Positions 50,114 through 63,996 of a stretch of 64,000 nucleotides of DNA are shown here, piece by piece. This stretch comes from Octopus vulgaris (Eukaryota): assembly GCA_951406725.2 (NCBI GenBank), contig OX597818.1, forward strand, positions 63,860,001 through 63,924,000. Reading direction: 5' to 3'. Made by a program: the position numbers and the translations under genes. The notes under the pieces were generated by a model. The model saw nothing but the letters and a program-made list of their open reading frames with translations, had not been told where the DNA came from and searched no databases. Each line of letters begins with the position of its first letter. Position 1 is the stretch's first letter.

Positions 50114-50982
50114 TATATTGCAGTCTTCTATCATGTTCTCAGTAAAATGATAGAAAATTATATGTAATCTAAAACACAATATTTGGTTTGCCACAAGTGT
50201 TTATTCAAAAGAAAATATAATACATTATTATGATAATGAGATTTAAGATGGCGAGCTGGCAGAATCTTTTGCACTCCGGCCATTATGTTCAGTTGTAGTT
50301 CGTCTGCCATTACTTTCGCAGTTCATTCTTTGAAATGGAACCTGTGCTCGTTGCAATCGATTTCGCCCCTCCCCTGGCATTGCTTGTTCTGCACCAAAAA
50401 TCTGAAACCAATATGAGGATGAGTTTTAATTAAATGTTTAAAAAATATTGTATTTAATTTCCTGTCATAAGTGTCAGCTTCTAAATATTGACTATAATAC
50501 ATGTATATGAATCGATGTAGACATATTTGAACTTCGGATTGTCCTAAGACAAGGCTCTCATTATTCTTTGAACTATGGATGTCAAACTGTGACAGATTTC
50601 ATCTCGAGATAATCAGACATCTAATGTAAACGCTACAAGGGAAGTAGATTCTATGCGTCAGGTGTGGGGACTCCTTTACCTAATTCAATGTATGTTTAGA
50701 TATTTATAACACCAGAGTTTCGATACATCTCGCTTGCGTGCGATTCTTGCTAAAACTAGCGATGCATTCATGAAATGTTCTACTTCCTTGTTATGGCTGT
50801 GGTTTCAGTTGGTCTAGTCATAATGGACTTCGATAATCGTATGAAACCGACTACAAACGCAATGAAAATGAATATTGTAATATCTATACAGCTTATATGT
50901 AACCCTAGCAGACTCTGGTGACACATATATATGTAAGTATGTACTCTTATGTATATATGTATATATATATATATATATATAT

Positions 50983-51203
50983 TTCTTTACTATCCACAAA
51001 AGGCTACACACAGAGGGGACAAGCAAGGACAGACAAACGGATTAAGTTGATTGTATCGACGCCAGTGCGTAACTGGTACTTAAGTTATCGACCCCGAAAG
51101 GATGAAAGGCCAAGTCAACCTCGGCGGAATCTGAACTTAGAACGTAACGGCAGACGAAATACGTTTCTGCCAACGCGCTAACGTTTCTGCCAGCTCGCCG
51201 CCA
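50983..51203 (-). mobile_element. SINE family A
   Basis: Reverse complement of GGCGGCGAGCTGGCAGAAACGTTAGC head and body. Confidence 0.85.
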
Positions 51204-51462
51204 TATAAGCAGATGAATGCACCCATCATATACACGTGAAGTGCTAATGAAATGCTAAGTTAAACAAAAGCAGTCTAATGTGGAAGCATTTTAAAAAAAG
51301 AATTAAAGGGGAAGAATATTGAACACATAAAGGGAGAATCCTTCAGCTTGGATCAGATATCTTTCATTTAGGCGGCAATTACGATCATAATGACGAAGAC
51401 ATTTAATGAATATCCTCCCCGCAGATTGTTTCATTATTATATGCTCTTGTCAAAAATAGTCT

Positions 51463-51708
51463 CTACCTGCGACGATGTCATCTCAATCGAAGGAGAGGAG
51501 CTTTCTCCGTCAGGGTTGCGGATCCGTGGAACAAGCTGCCAGACGAGATGGTGAAGATGCCGACGACCGCTTTGTTCAAAGCCTCCCTGGACCTCAAGTG
51601 GCCTGAACTCTTTACATGAACATCACCCTGTACTTAACTCCATGTCCCCCTACATGGCCTTGCTATTTGCTTTTGAGCCAAATTAACTAACTAACTAACT
51701 AACTAACT
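51463..51708 (+). mobile_element. CR1-type LINE 3' fragment
   Basis: Translates LRRCHLNRRRGAFSVRVADPWNKLPDEMVKMPTTALFKASLD; (TAAC)n tail; a 3' UTR piece recurs at ~54765-54810. Confidence 0.8.
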
Positions 51709-53087
51709 AGTACATGTGCAGGGATGAAATTTACTTTCTACGAAAATAGTATCGAGACCAATGGACTATATTTGTAGAAATTATGGAAGCGCCTTTTTTT
51801 TTATCCTGCGAACATTTCATTTACCTCCGTTGTAGATTTTACGCACCGTGTTTAGTCAGCCGTGGTAAATTAGCATCATTGGTATCTAACTATGATCGAA
51901 TAAATTATTTCTCTAAAAATTATGCCTGGTTCTCTCATTTAATTATAAAATGCAAACAGTAGGGTATCATTTGAGGGAGACGTGTCATCTATTTCTAGCA
52001 GTACTATTTTCTGCATTGAAATTTCTGTATTTACCCGTTTTTATGTACTTACTGTTTTTATGTATGTGCATGTTCTGACAACATCGTCGCTGAATCATTC
52101 GCCGTTTTATATTTTTGCTTTTCTCTATGAAACTAGAACCTCATATATTTTTAGGATAGATATGAAATGTATACATGTATCACAATTCTGAAAATGACAA
52201 ATTTTCATAGGAAACGTATCCAAATGGAAGAAGAGCATTGATTGTCAATAAGGACATGCAATCTAGGCAGCAAATAAAATCTGTGTTCCGCATACAGAAA
52301 TGCATCAATGCATACGAGGTATGCATATTTCTAACGCCAAATAAAAACGTAGTTTTATGACAATTTTGTTGAAATATATGATTAGATTTCTGAATACATA
52401 TTATCCTATATACGTAATACATGTGTGAGTGGGTGTATGGATATGTTTTCAGTGATCTCTCTCTCTCACACACTCACTCACTATCTCTCTCTCACTCACA
52501 CACACTCACTTACTGACTCTCTCTCATGCACACACGCACACACACATCGTGTTCTGTATACTGATGATTTGGAACAACGCCAAAAATGTAATTCAGTGGT
52601 TTTAGCAGAATTTCTGGCACCCGGAGAGAGGCGGCGGAGAAACGGAATCATTTGCTGAAATTCCACTACATCATCCGAAGACAAACAGACCAGTTGGTCA
52701 TTTCGGCATGGCAGTCACACATAGAATTTACCAACCCGAATCTGCGGTTGACCCTTTAGACACGTAACATGTTAATGACAATGGTGTTTGTATGACTGAT
52801 TGTTCTAAGCTCTTGATACATCATTCTACAGGGAATGTGATTGTGTTTCCCACAAGTGTATGCATGTGTGTGTATACATATCTGCACGTATACATCGATG
52901 CAAGATTGTTTTTTGGAGTATGTGCGGTGTTCTTGAATGTAAGTATGAATGCATGACATGATATATTCTGCGGTTACTTAATATAAATTGTAAAGCAATT
53001 TAAAATGCTTACGTACGAATATTTAAAAGGTGGTTCATATTAATACATAATGTCTTATGTACTTCACTCGAGACTATATTAGTGCGG

Positions 53088-53460
53088 AACTACGTCGGTT
53101 AAGACGACGAGGGTTCCAGATGATCCGATCAACGGAAAACCCTGCTGGTGAAATCAACGTGCAAGCGGTTGAGCACTCCACAGCCTGATGTAGCCTTAAC
53201 GTAGTTCTCAGGGAGGTTCAGTGTGTCACAGAGTGTGGCAAGGCTGTCCCTTTGAAATACAGGTACAACCGAAATAGAAAGAAATAGTGAGAGATGAGGT
53301 GAAAGAGCATAGCGGTTTTCGCCACCACCCTCGCCCGGATTCTCGTGGAGAGTTCGGTGTTTTCGCTCAATAAACACTCACAACAGCAGGTCAGGGAATC
53401 GAAAGCGCGTTCCTATGACCACGAGTCCGCTATCCTAACCCATTGGACCATTGCGCCTTC
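53088..53460 (-). mobile_element. SINE family C, near full length
   Basis: Minus-strand head GAAGGCGCAATGGTCCAATGGGTTAGGATAGCGGACTCG..TTCGATTCCC. Confidence 0.85.
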
Positions 53461-54319
53461 AGTGCTCGAGATTATATATTGGGTTGTCGACATAGCATTG
53501 CAACAGAATATAAATAACATTATTTCCATGTTAACATGATTACAGAAATATAACACTGGTGTATGGAGCTGTACATAATTTCACGTATGCCTACGTTTCT
53601 TTAACTCTATTGATTGAATTATGTACACAGGAAAGTCGGACAATTTAGCTAATTACGATGATACAGGCCACAGAGAACTTAATATTTTAAGCCAAAATCG
53701 AATATATTTCCTCTTCATATATACATATATAATAGAAATATGCAGAGATCGAAATCAACGTTATTGCAATCTGTGAAAATATACTCAATAATGTTAAACG
53801 TTGTACTTTTCCCGGTATGGAAGGCCAATATCGCCACTATCTTTGATAATATTGTATAATTACGAAATAACCTGCAGCAGGTTACAGTCAGTATTTCCCT
53901 ATGTACCGCTGGAACAAGATATTTAATTTGAATCTATTTGACATCCTCATATGATGTTTTCTATGTATCAAATCTAGAATATTTATACGTTTATATGTAT
54001 TTCATTTGTACTTCATGTACTTTTTTTGTGTATTTATCTCCTCCCAGATATGACCTTATTTTTATCTGTTTCTACCACCATAATTTATCTCTGTTTGTGA
54101 AAATCTTTATACTTATCCTAATACATACGTAAAATCCGCTGAGGTCGATTATCCTTTTTATCCTCACGGGGTCGATAAAATAATTACCAGTTGAGCACTG
54201 GGGTCGATGTAATCGACTAGCCTCCTTCCCACAAATTTTGAGGTTTGTGCCTATAATTGAAAGTGTATATGTGTATGGGTGCATGTGACTACATGAGTTC
54301 GTTTGTGTGGATATATTTT

Positions 54320-54532
54320 TCTTTTTTGTTTCTTTTTAATTTAGATTTAATTTTGAATGACCACCTGCTTCTCAACAAAGTTGTGAAGGAAGACTTCTTG
54401 GTTGGTCATCATCATTTCAATCTGAAGAACTTCTTGCAGATCTTTATTGTCCCATACATCGTGATCCTTTGTAGTGCATGTCTTAAGGGGTTGCCGTCTC
54501 TCATCAAGAACCCAAGGTCAGTCACATTGTGA
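54320..54532 (-). mobile_element. Probable RLE-type LINE 3' fragment
   Basis: Minus frame ..LRHALQRITMYGTIKICKKFFRLK*, similar to RLE-clade C-termini, followed by an A-rich tail. Confidence 0.4.
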
Positions 54533-55339
54533 TCTATACGGATTGGTACTTATTATTTGGCTTCAATAATAACAACTATGAAGCTGAAAATGTATTTTGG
54601 TTGCTGGATTTACAAGCTTCTGATCAAAGGTCGATAGATGTCCTATTTTACAAAACTTTTCTCGTCATATTTCTGTTGTGTAACCAATATCTTTCACTTG
54701 TGCTCCAGATGTACGTTATCAGACTGTTGTGTCTCGTACTGTTCCCTGTTTTAGTTTTAGTATGACCATCCTCCCTGTACATAACTCCCTGTCCCCCTAC
54801 ATGGCCTTCTTAAAACTTTTTCTCATATTTACAGTTCCATGGATTGATTTAAACTATACTCTTCAAATCGTAAGTATGTGCATGTACGTATGCTTGTATG
54901 TATGCATGGATGTATGTATATATGTATGCATCTATGTATATATGTATCTATGTTTGTACGGCAGTTTATCACGTGAATGAAGCACTAGTGAAAGATTTTA
55001 AACATCTTTCAGCAGTTTATTTATATTTCAGATATATTTTAGCATCTCTTTATATCCATATCTGACTGCATCAACTGATTTCGCGTGCCTTACATTAAGA
55101 ATCGATGCTTCTCACCTTTATTTAAAATATAAAATATTGTCTTTTAAATTGTAATCCAGCACGTGCCATACATCATGTAAAATATAGCCTCCTATGTAAC
55201 GAAGTATTCTGATTAAGACTTGCTACATGAAAGATATTTCTTACTCCAAGCCTTATTTTCTGAGCATTGTGCGCTTGCATCCCCACTTAACATGTATATA
55301 TTTTCCCCTTTAAATAATCTCTTAAGCAGTTCTTTTCTT

Positions 55340-55661
55340 GGATCTTTTCACTTTGACCGGCAGATTTTTTAAACAATTTCTTTGTAACTAAACACTTTTA
55401 AACTTCGTACACTGGTAGTATGTGTTACATAAAACATCTTTTTCTCTTGGCTTTCTTGAGAAAATTATGTACTTTGTAAGCTATTTGTTGTTTAATTTCT
55501 TGCAATGACGTCTATTGAGGTGAATACAATTTCTGCGGTTGTTTGTCAACAACAATTATTTGCGGTGTCATATCAGTTTGTCACCGTTATATACGAAGTT
55601 TAAAAGTGCTTAGTTACAAAGAAATCATTTTAAAAATCTACCGGTCAAAGTGAAAAGATCC
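55340..55661. mobile_element. Merlin-like MITE
   Basis: TIR GGATCTTTTCACTTTGACCGG / CCGGTCAAAGTGAAAAGATCC extending ~70 bp; 8-bp TSD CTTTTCTT; GG..CC termini. Confidence 0.85.
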
Positions 55662-56552
55662 CTTTTCTTTCAATTTATTCTTCACATATGTGTTCCTGTG
55701 AAATAATACTATATAAAAGAATTTTTCCAACGTAGAAAAAATAATTATGTGTTATTTACTAATAATCAAGATAATTTGGTGGTGGAGTAACAATTTGGTG
55801 GTGGAGTAAATATTGCCATATTTATGGCAAGAACGTCGATAATTTTAACAGAACCGCTATAATTCCATATGTTGTGTTTTCATGATCGCTTCAGAATGAT
55901 TAGTTTAGATTGGTTCCGACTACTGCTTTAACTGGATTTACTGTCGTGAATGACAAACTTAGCCTGCATCTTTCCGAAAACAACTGCAGACAGTGAGAAT
56001 TGATGCTCGGAACCCCCATCCCTCCGTCGCACACTTTCTCTTTCTTTCTCTCGCTTCGTCTGGCTATATTCCATGTCATCGACCACCCTCCATGCAACAC
56101 GTTCTACTGGCTTACTTGTTACTATTATTAATACTCTCCAACGACTTCACATGACATATTAACATATTATACACTCAGCACGAGAATAGAAAACAAATGG
56201 AGAAATATTGAATATGTCTCAGTTAATAAAATCGCAATATATCCAGGTGATTGAATATCAATTTCTCATTTTGCTCTTAATGGTTTCAAAGCACACTTCT
56301 CTAAATCAACATCCAGCTGCGCTCTACACAGCTGGCGACGATGTCGAATATTTTGCTAATATCTGTAAACACTCCCGATTATTCTATCACATCAAAATTC
56401 AATATTTGCGTTCGTCACCACCATGATATAATCCAACACTTCAAATATGTCATTTACATCGAAGTCTATTTTACTAACACTAAAAGTGCTTATCACACTA
56501 TAATTCCCGGGCTGCTGGTCGGTAGACTGTGTGATCTATCTATCTTGTCTAC

Positions 56553-56857
56553 TGTTGTTGTTTGTTCCTTCTCGAGCCATGCCTTGCTCATAGGGCCGGG
56601 TTCCCGGTTTCTTTGGCGTATAGGTTCCCCACCTGGATGGGACACCGGTCCGTCGCAGGTGAGCTGCATGAGGCAGGAGGAAAGAGAGAAAGTTGTGGCG
56701 AAAGGGTCAGCAGAAGTTCGCCATTACCTTCTGCCGGAGCCGAGTGGAGCTTAGGTGTTTTCGCTCATAAACACATCCATCGCCCGGTCTGAGATTCGAA
56801 CCCACGCTCCCTCGACCGTGAGTCCGCTGCTCTAATCACTAGGCCATGTGCCTCCAC
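56553..56857 (-). mobile_element. SINE family D
   Basis: Homologous to 46970-47297. Confidence 0.85.
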
Positions 56858-56867
56858 AAAAAGATAA

Positions 56868-57117
56868 ATGTTCCTTCTTGAGCCATGCGAGGATCATAAG
56901 GGCCGGTTTCCCGGTTTCAGTGGCGTAGAAATTCCTCACATGGACGTGACGCCGATCCGTCGCAGGATTACTCATTTTTGCCAGCTGAGTGGACTGGAGA
57001 AACGGGAAATGAAGTGTTTTGCTCAAGAACAAAACGCATCGTCCGGTCCAGGAATCGAAACCACAACATTACGCTCATGAGTTCGACACCCAAACCACTA
57101 AGCCACGCGCCTCCACA
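56868..57117 (-). mobile_element. SINE with family E head and family D-like tail
   Basis: Minus strand GTGGAGGCGCGTGGCTTAGTGG..GGTTTCGATTCC..CTTGAGCAAAACACTT; tail GAAACCGGGAAACCGGCCC shared with family D. Confidence 0.8.
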
Positions 57118-57624
57118 TATGTCCCTTAGCTACTTGAAATATTTTTGGCGAAGTCACTGGTCGATGATGCTTGATGGGGTAGAAATATTTATCTAAAACT
57201 GTTCTCTTATTGCACATCAAATTAGTTTTTGTAAGATATTAGGGTTTTATCCTAGGGACAATTTGCTAGTTTGCAAGCGTACTGGTAGATAGAAAAAAAT
57301 AACTAAAAAATTTACTGCAGACAAAATGTTGGTGTGTTTACGTCCCCGTAACTTAGCGGTTTGGAAAAAGATATATATATATATAGTCATGGTTCGCAGA
57401 TAAACGCTTTGAACCCTTATTACCTTTACTCTTCTCTCATGAAGATTTAAAACTTGACAATGGATTTGAAACTGCGACTCAGATTTCATATTGATTTTTT
57501 GCAGCCAAGGACCGAACTATAACACTGTGTTGTGATTTCTAGGATGTAAAGAAAGTGAAGAGATATCTGGTGGGAATATAGGAGTGGATGTGCGCACTTC
57601 GTTTCGTATAAGATGTTCTGAAGT

Positions 57625-57881
57625 ACACTTTTAAACTTCGTACACTGGTAGAATGTGTTACATAAAACATCTTTTTCTCTTGGCTTTCTTGAGAAAATTC
57701 TGTAGTTTGTAAGCTATTTGCTGTTTAATTTCTTGCATTTCGCCAATTTCAACCAATCAATGGCGTCTATTGAGGTGAATACAATTTCTGCGGTTGTTTG
57801 CCAACAACAATTATTTGCGGTGTCATATCAGTTTGTCACTGTTAAGTACGAAGTTTAAAAGTGCTTACTTACAAAGAAATC
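57625..57881. mobile_element. Internal fragment of the 55340 MITE family, termini missing
   Basis: Near-identical to 55392-55626. Confidence 0.8.
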
Positions 57882-57924
57882 ACCTGCATAATGTTCCATC
57901 TCCAACACCCAAATGTTTTACTTA

Positions 57925-58290
57925 CCGCTGCATCTTGATTATTCGAGATGAGACATCATAAATAAGTCTACGGAAATTCTGGATGATATTTGTGTGCAGC
58001 TGTTTTGAATATCTTTTCTTTTGGTGTTCAGAGCATCATGAATGTTTGTGGTATTCTGATTCCACCAATTCCTCAGTTGTCACAGAGAAAAATATTATTG
58101 GATGTAGTCCTTTGACATCTTATGCACGAAAGGATAATATTAACAGTAGTAAACGTGACTACAGGAGCCCTGCAGCTATATCTCCTTAGATGTGTTGCCT
58201 CATGGTAATCATGGATTTCATTTCATCATTGATTGTTGACTTGTCAACAACTTCAGTATGGGTATTATTTCAAAAGGAAAAAAAAAACAA
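57925..58290 (-). mobile_element. Degenerate RTE-like LINE ORF fragment
   Basis: LRNWWNQNTTNIHDALNTKR..QNFRRLIYDVSSRIIKMQ resembles the RTE APE-RT linker; frameshifted. Confidence 0.35.
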
Positions 58291-59729
58291 GTCTTCAAAT
58301 ATATTATTTAAAACCAATATATCTCTTAGCAGAAAAACAAGTCTAGACGTGTACTGTACAGAGAACGATAAAGAACGATAAATAAGCTCAAAGAAACTAT
58401 GCCAGAGAATGTTTATTTCTTCACTATCTAGGTTGGGTAAAATAAGATTGTGTATAATTGAATAAAGCAACTAATCTAATTGTTACGCTTACTATATTAC
58501 ATACAATCGTTTTATTCATGGTCACACTACACATTACAATTAGACTCACCCAGTTTCCTCTTCAATTCTATAAGTTTTATAATCAATACTAGAAGAGCAG
58601 AGATCATTTCATTCTCCAGTAGTCTCGGTACTAAATAGTTGGTTATACTTTATTTATTATTATTTTTTATTATTATTCTTTCAGAGTAGTTTCTTTGGTG
58701 TATATTCGGTTTCACATCATTTATTATTATTATTATCGCTCACCTTCGTTTGAAACAGTATTTTGACTCATCTTCGCTTTGATATATTTCAACAATAGAT
58801 GAATGGATGACTGGATACGGTGTTGATATCATTGTTGAAATTAATGGCAATAGTTTGCTTTTCATTATTCGCTTCTTTCAAACTTCAACTTTAATGTTGT
58901 CACATCAAAGCAAAATTACTATTTTAAGGACCAAAGCTGTATCAGTCGAAACCTCATTTCACATTCCCTAACTGTTTTTATTGTTAACAGTATATTTTTC
59001 CACTACTAATATTCACCATCAGGTGTTCACCAGTGTATTGTCGTATATATCTCAATTCTAAAAGCATTTCTGGGAACCGGTGCTTTGGGTCTGAAAGCTA
59101 CCATTTCACAATGATTAATCAAAAGTACTAAGTAAAAGAAAACGTTTACATAAGTTACATATTCAAATTTAAGAAAGAATAGGTACTATGGAAATTGTCA
59201 TGGAATATCGTATGTCTGTGGTGTAATAATCGTCCAGAGAATAAGCGAAATTTACTATACAAGATTTCATAATGATTAAATCATGACCATCTGGTTAACA
59301 CGCTTAGTGACTCTCTGTCCTTAACTTAGGTTATAATTCAAAAGTTTTCGTTCAGGGCGATTAAATATTGATAGCTTTACAAGCTATATCATGATGGTTT
59401 TCATAATCAGTTACGTTAAACTTTATTCCTGAAATTGTCAGAAGCACTTCCCCAATAAATGAATAACATATGTATAGACTTGAATGTGTTGTTGAGAATT
59501 TCTCTTCACATCTACGTGATTCTGGTTTCCTTCATATTTAATTGCACATTAGACAAGTTGCTTCTACCACAGATTCGGTAGGCGGAAACTGTTGCGGTAG
59601 GAATTTGCATCTAATAATATGCATGTACATACACACACAACACAATCCCTCCCCCAACACACACACATGCTCACCTATGCATACATACACTTAAACACAC
59701 GCAGACTCATACACACTCCCGCACAAAGT

Positions 59730-59762
<33 letters not shown>

Positions 59763-60522
59763 TGTATATAGAGTTATCTGTATTGGTGAGTTTAGATACA
59801 CCAGTATTATGGTGAAGGAACGACTGTACTTAACACTTATATCCGATTCTGATATATGGAACAAATAAGAAAAAATTATGACAAACACATGATGCAGTTT
59901 ATATCATGATGCATACCGCATATCTTGTTTATCATTCATACACATGTGTGTGAACATGTGGCAGAGAGAGAAAAGAGAGAGGGGGAGAATGAAGGAAAGT
60001 GAAAGCGAGTGCGTGTGTGTGTGTGCAGCTGCGTTGAATAGCAAAGTAGCTATTACGGATTATGTGGATCACAAGGACGGTTGCTTTGCGACTGGAAGTT
60101 TATGAAATATCAGGCTTATTTCAAATGCGTTTTTTTTCTTCCAAATCATCGATTCCTACAATTTAGTTTAGGTTAGTGGAGATCCAAGGCCACGAGGTGA
60201 AACATAATTTCCACAAATTTCACTCCAAACATATTTCTATTTGTGAGATAATCCATTACCATTCGGCATAGAGTAGAAAAAGAAAATCATAGTGTGTAGT
60301 GAGTTCATTTTATACAAACACACACACACACACACACACACACATACGCACACACACACACGTGCACATACAGAAACACACACATACGTACACATACAGG
60401 CACACAAACACATATACATACATGTATAGACACACACAAACACCCGTATGTATATACAATTGTATGTATATAGATATACATATATATATACACCACCACC
60501 ACTACCAATATTACTACTACTG

Positions 60523-60554
<32 letters not shown>

Positions 60555-60998
60555 GAGAGACCGATAGAATATGTACTGGGCTTACAAAGAATAAGTCCCG
60601 GGGTCGATTTGCTCGACTAAAGGCGGTGCTCCAGCATGGCCGCAGTCAAATGAGTGAAACAAGTAAAATAGTAAAGAGTATGGTGGTATTACATTTTAGG
60701 GTACTGTTTGGTTATCTCACCCCCATTAAAAAATTGCCATTAAAAATTTGGGTTATCTCCCCGATAAAAAAATAGAGTTAATGCGGCAACAAGTGATTGG
60801 ATTAAATGAGTTAAATCCTTTTGATTTAATACTTCAACACATTGTTGACATTTGGCCTCCGCATTAGGAATACTCTTTGACTCTTTTACTTGTTTTATTC
60901 ATTTGACTGCGGCCATGCTGGAGCACCGACTTTATGATAGCAATGGTAGGATTTCACTTTCCGTGTTGATTAATTTTTCATTTTTTTTAAATTGAGGG

Positions 60999-62310
60999 TT
61001 ACTCTTTTACTTGTTTCAGTCATTTGACTGCGGCCATGCTGGAGCACCGCCTTTAGTCGAGCAAATCGACCCCGGGACGGATCTTTTCAATTGTGTGGCC
61101 AGGAGCCCAGATCTTTCTACTTAACTAAATAATTCGAAACTTCGTATGCTGGTACAGTGTTTCAAAACAAGACACAGATTGGAACTAGTTTATTTGAGAA
61201 AAATCTATTTTATGACTTTCATCGTAGATTAAAACTGCGAATTTTAACCAATGAGATTGCTTGTTTTCATATTTAATACGTTACTGCATTCTGTTAGTGT
61301 GACGTAGAAAGCAGTTTTGTGACGTAGGCAACTGTGCACATTTGAGGCTAACATACATAGATACATACACACACACACACATGCATACAGATACACATAC
61401 ACCGAGTATTCACTCGAAAAAACTAAACACTGAATCGGCCATACATACATACATACACACACATACATACACACACATACACACACACACACACATACAT
61501 ACATACAGATACACATACACCGAGTATTCACTCGAAAAAAATAAACACCGAATCGGCCATACATACATAAATACATACACACACATACATACACACACAT
61601 ACACACACACACACACACATACATACATACACACATACATACATACATTCATACATACATACATTCATACATATACACATACACCGAGTAAAAAATTTCA
61701 TCGTTATTGTTTTGTTTACATTTGTTTACATACCATATGTTTACTACGTCACCAAATTGGTGGTCGAGACGGAGTAAATAATATGAAGCCGAAAGACGGA
61801 ATGCCATTGGTTAAAATTCTAATTATTAAACAATGTTAAACTTAGAAGTTACAATTCCGTTTTCATTCTGGTTTACAATTAAGTTTACTTTTGACACATT
61901 CTACCAGTATACGAAGTTTCAAATTGTTTGGTTCAGTAGGAAAAATTTGAAAAAACTGGCTTCACAAATGAAAAGATCCCCCGGGACTTATTCTTTGTAA
62001 GCCCAGTACTTATTCTATCTGTCTCTTTTGCCGAACCACTAAGTGACAGGGAAGTAAACACACCAGCATCGGTTGTCAAGCAATGCTAGGGGGACAAACA
62101 AAGACACACAAACATATACACACACACTCTTATATATATATACATATATACGACAGGTTTCTTTCAGTTTCCGTCTACCAAATCAACTCACAAGGCTTTG
62201 GTCGGCCCGGGGCTATAGCAGAAGACACTTGCCCAAGATGCCACGCAGTGGGACTGAACCCGGAACCATGTGGTTGGTTAGCAAGCTACTTAGCACACAG
62301 CCACTCCTGA
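60999..62310 (-). mobile_element. SINE family B split by a MITE
   Basis: Tail 60999-61078 joins body and head 61980-62310 across the duplicated CCCGGGAC. Confidence 0.85.
61079..61979. mobile_element. Inner Merlin-like MITE
   Basis: GGATCTTTTCA ... TGAAAAGATCC termini; perfect 8-bp TSD CCCGGGAC (61071-78, 61980-87); internal ~118-bp tandem units. Confidence 0.9.
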
Positions 62311-62620
62311 AACAATTTTTTTACTTGAGGGAAATAACCAAAAGTACCGATATTTCTCGTGTAACGTGGGGAGATAAGCCAATTTTTTAAAGCGGGTTAG
62401 ATAACCAAAACGTACCCATATTAGTGTGGTTTTCCTTAAGTATATATCTGGTAGTTATTACGTAGGATGTGTCAAAAGTTATTGGGGATTTTATTTATTT
62501 CGTGCGTGTGCGGGGGCGGGGGCCAATAAAATTATGTTTATTGTTACGAATTTTCCTGAGATGATTGGTTTTAGAAGAATTGTTTTAGAGTCCCTAGATG
62601 AATAGTTTTGGTGTAATATA

Positions 62621-62847
62621 TATTTCTTTACTACCCACAAGGGGCTAAACATAGAGGGGACAAACAAGGACAGACAAAGGGATTAAATCGATTACATCGA
62701 CCCCAGTGCGAAACTGGTACTTTATTCATCGACCCCTAAAGGATGAAAGGTAAAGTCGACCTCGGTGGAATTAGAACTCAGAACGTAACGACAGACGAAA
62801 TACTGCTAAGCATTTCTCCCGGCGTGCTAACGTTTCTGCCAGCTCGA
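62621..62847 (-). mobile_element. SINE family A
   Basis: Reverse complement of family A. Confidence 0.85.
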
Positions 62848-63003
62848 GTGAACTTCTTAATGGACCGAGGTGGCGAAGTGAGATTAAAGCGAGTAAGAGT
62901 AATGACAGTAGTAGAAAGAGATAATGAGAATAATGGGGGTGGACGTGACGACGACGCCGATGCGTAAATTAGGTACAGTGACAGACAGTTTAAAAGAACG
63001 AAC

Positions 63004-63103
63004 TTAAGCCCACAAATGATGGGATGGGGCGACATGAGGTCATGAAGGTCAGAGTAAAGTAGAGCTGGTTTCCCTTGTTGATTGTTTTGTGGCTGCTGGT
63101 TTA
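63004..63103 (-). CDS. Candidate 100-bp exon (x)NQQPQNNQQGKPALLYSDLHDLMSPHPIICGL, product unknown
   Basis: Acceptor GTCTTTTACAG, weak donor GTTCGT, open frame, non-repetitive protein-like sequence. Confidence 0.28.
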
Positions 63104-63793
63104 CTGTAAAAGACAATAATAATAATAATGATAATAATTGAATGGATTTTTTCGAAATGTTTTTGGCAAGATGAATGACACTTGAAATATATTTGAGTTT
63201 GTTTTGAATTTGTCTTCCTGATTGAATATTTAAAAGCGATATCATTGAAACATGATACATCTGTATATCCTGCGTCGAAGACACTGAACCAGGAAGCGAC
63301 CCTACACTCTGTCAAGCTAATCACTCACCAGTTAAGTTTATTATTGATATAGAACGACTTCACTGTGATTCAGGACTGCTGTGATAAACTGGAAGTGATC
63401 TATTGACTGAGTGATTGTTATTATTATGTGTTTTATATGCCTGTTTAAAATCATTTTAGTGATGAACGAAATACGGCTTAAAACACAGACACACAGACAC
63501 ACGAATAAAACACGTAAATAAGTTACTTAGTCACTTATCATGTTATATATGTATGTGTGTGTATGTGTATGTGTGTACACGTGTTTGTGAATGTGTGCGT
63601 AAGTGTATTTGTAAATATATGTATATAATAAATATAAATTTACCAGTTATTGTTATATTTCTTCTATGGTCCCTTCTAACTGTTGATAGGATTGAATTTT
63701 CTAAAACCTCGTGTGAGAGACCGATTTGTAAAATCATCTTAAATGAATCTGTATTACTGCATTGCATAAATATTAATATATATATATATATTA

Positions 63794-63996
63794 ACACACA
63801 TATATACACACACAAACGCATGCACACACACAGATACATATACTCGCACGCAGACACGCGCGTGCACGCACATGCACACATACACACACAACCACACACA
63901 CACACAAACACACATATATACACACACAAACGCATGCACACACACAGATACATATACACGCACGCAGACACGCGCGTGCACGCACATGCACACATA
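63794..63996. repeat. Two tandem CA-rich units (~113-bp period)
   Basis: AAACGCATGCACACACACAGATACATATAC..GACACGCGCGTGCACGCACATGC occurs twice. Confidence 0.8.

Larger units (their letters stand above)
60700..62416. mobile_element. Outer Merlin-like non-autonomous element hosting nested insertions
   Basis: TIR GGTACTGTTTGGTTATCTCACCC / GGGTTAGATAACCAAAACGTACC; flanks CATTTTAG / CATATTAG (7/8). Confidence 0.6.

Noticed and set aside
55900-56100. GGMGVPSI motif resembling L1/Tx1 ORF2
   Set aside because: Single short motif with no supporting context.
57921-58020. Minus-strand exon candidate ending at GTAAGT
   Set aside because: Upstream in-frame stop without an acceptor; better explained as an RTE-like remnant.
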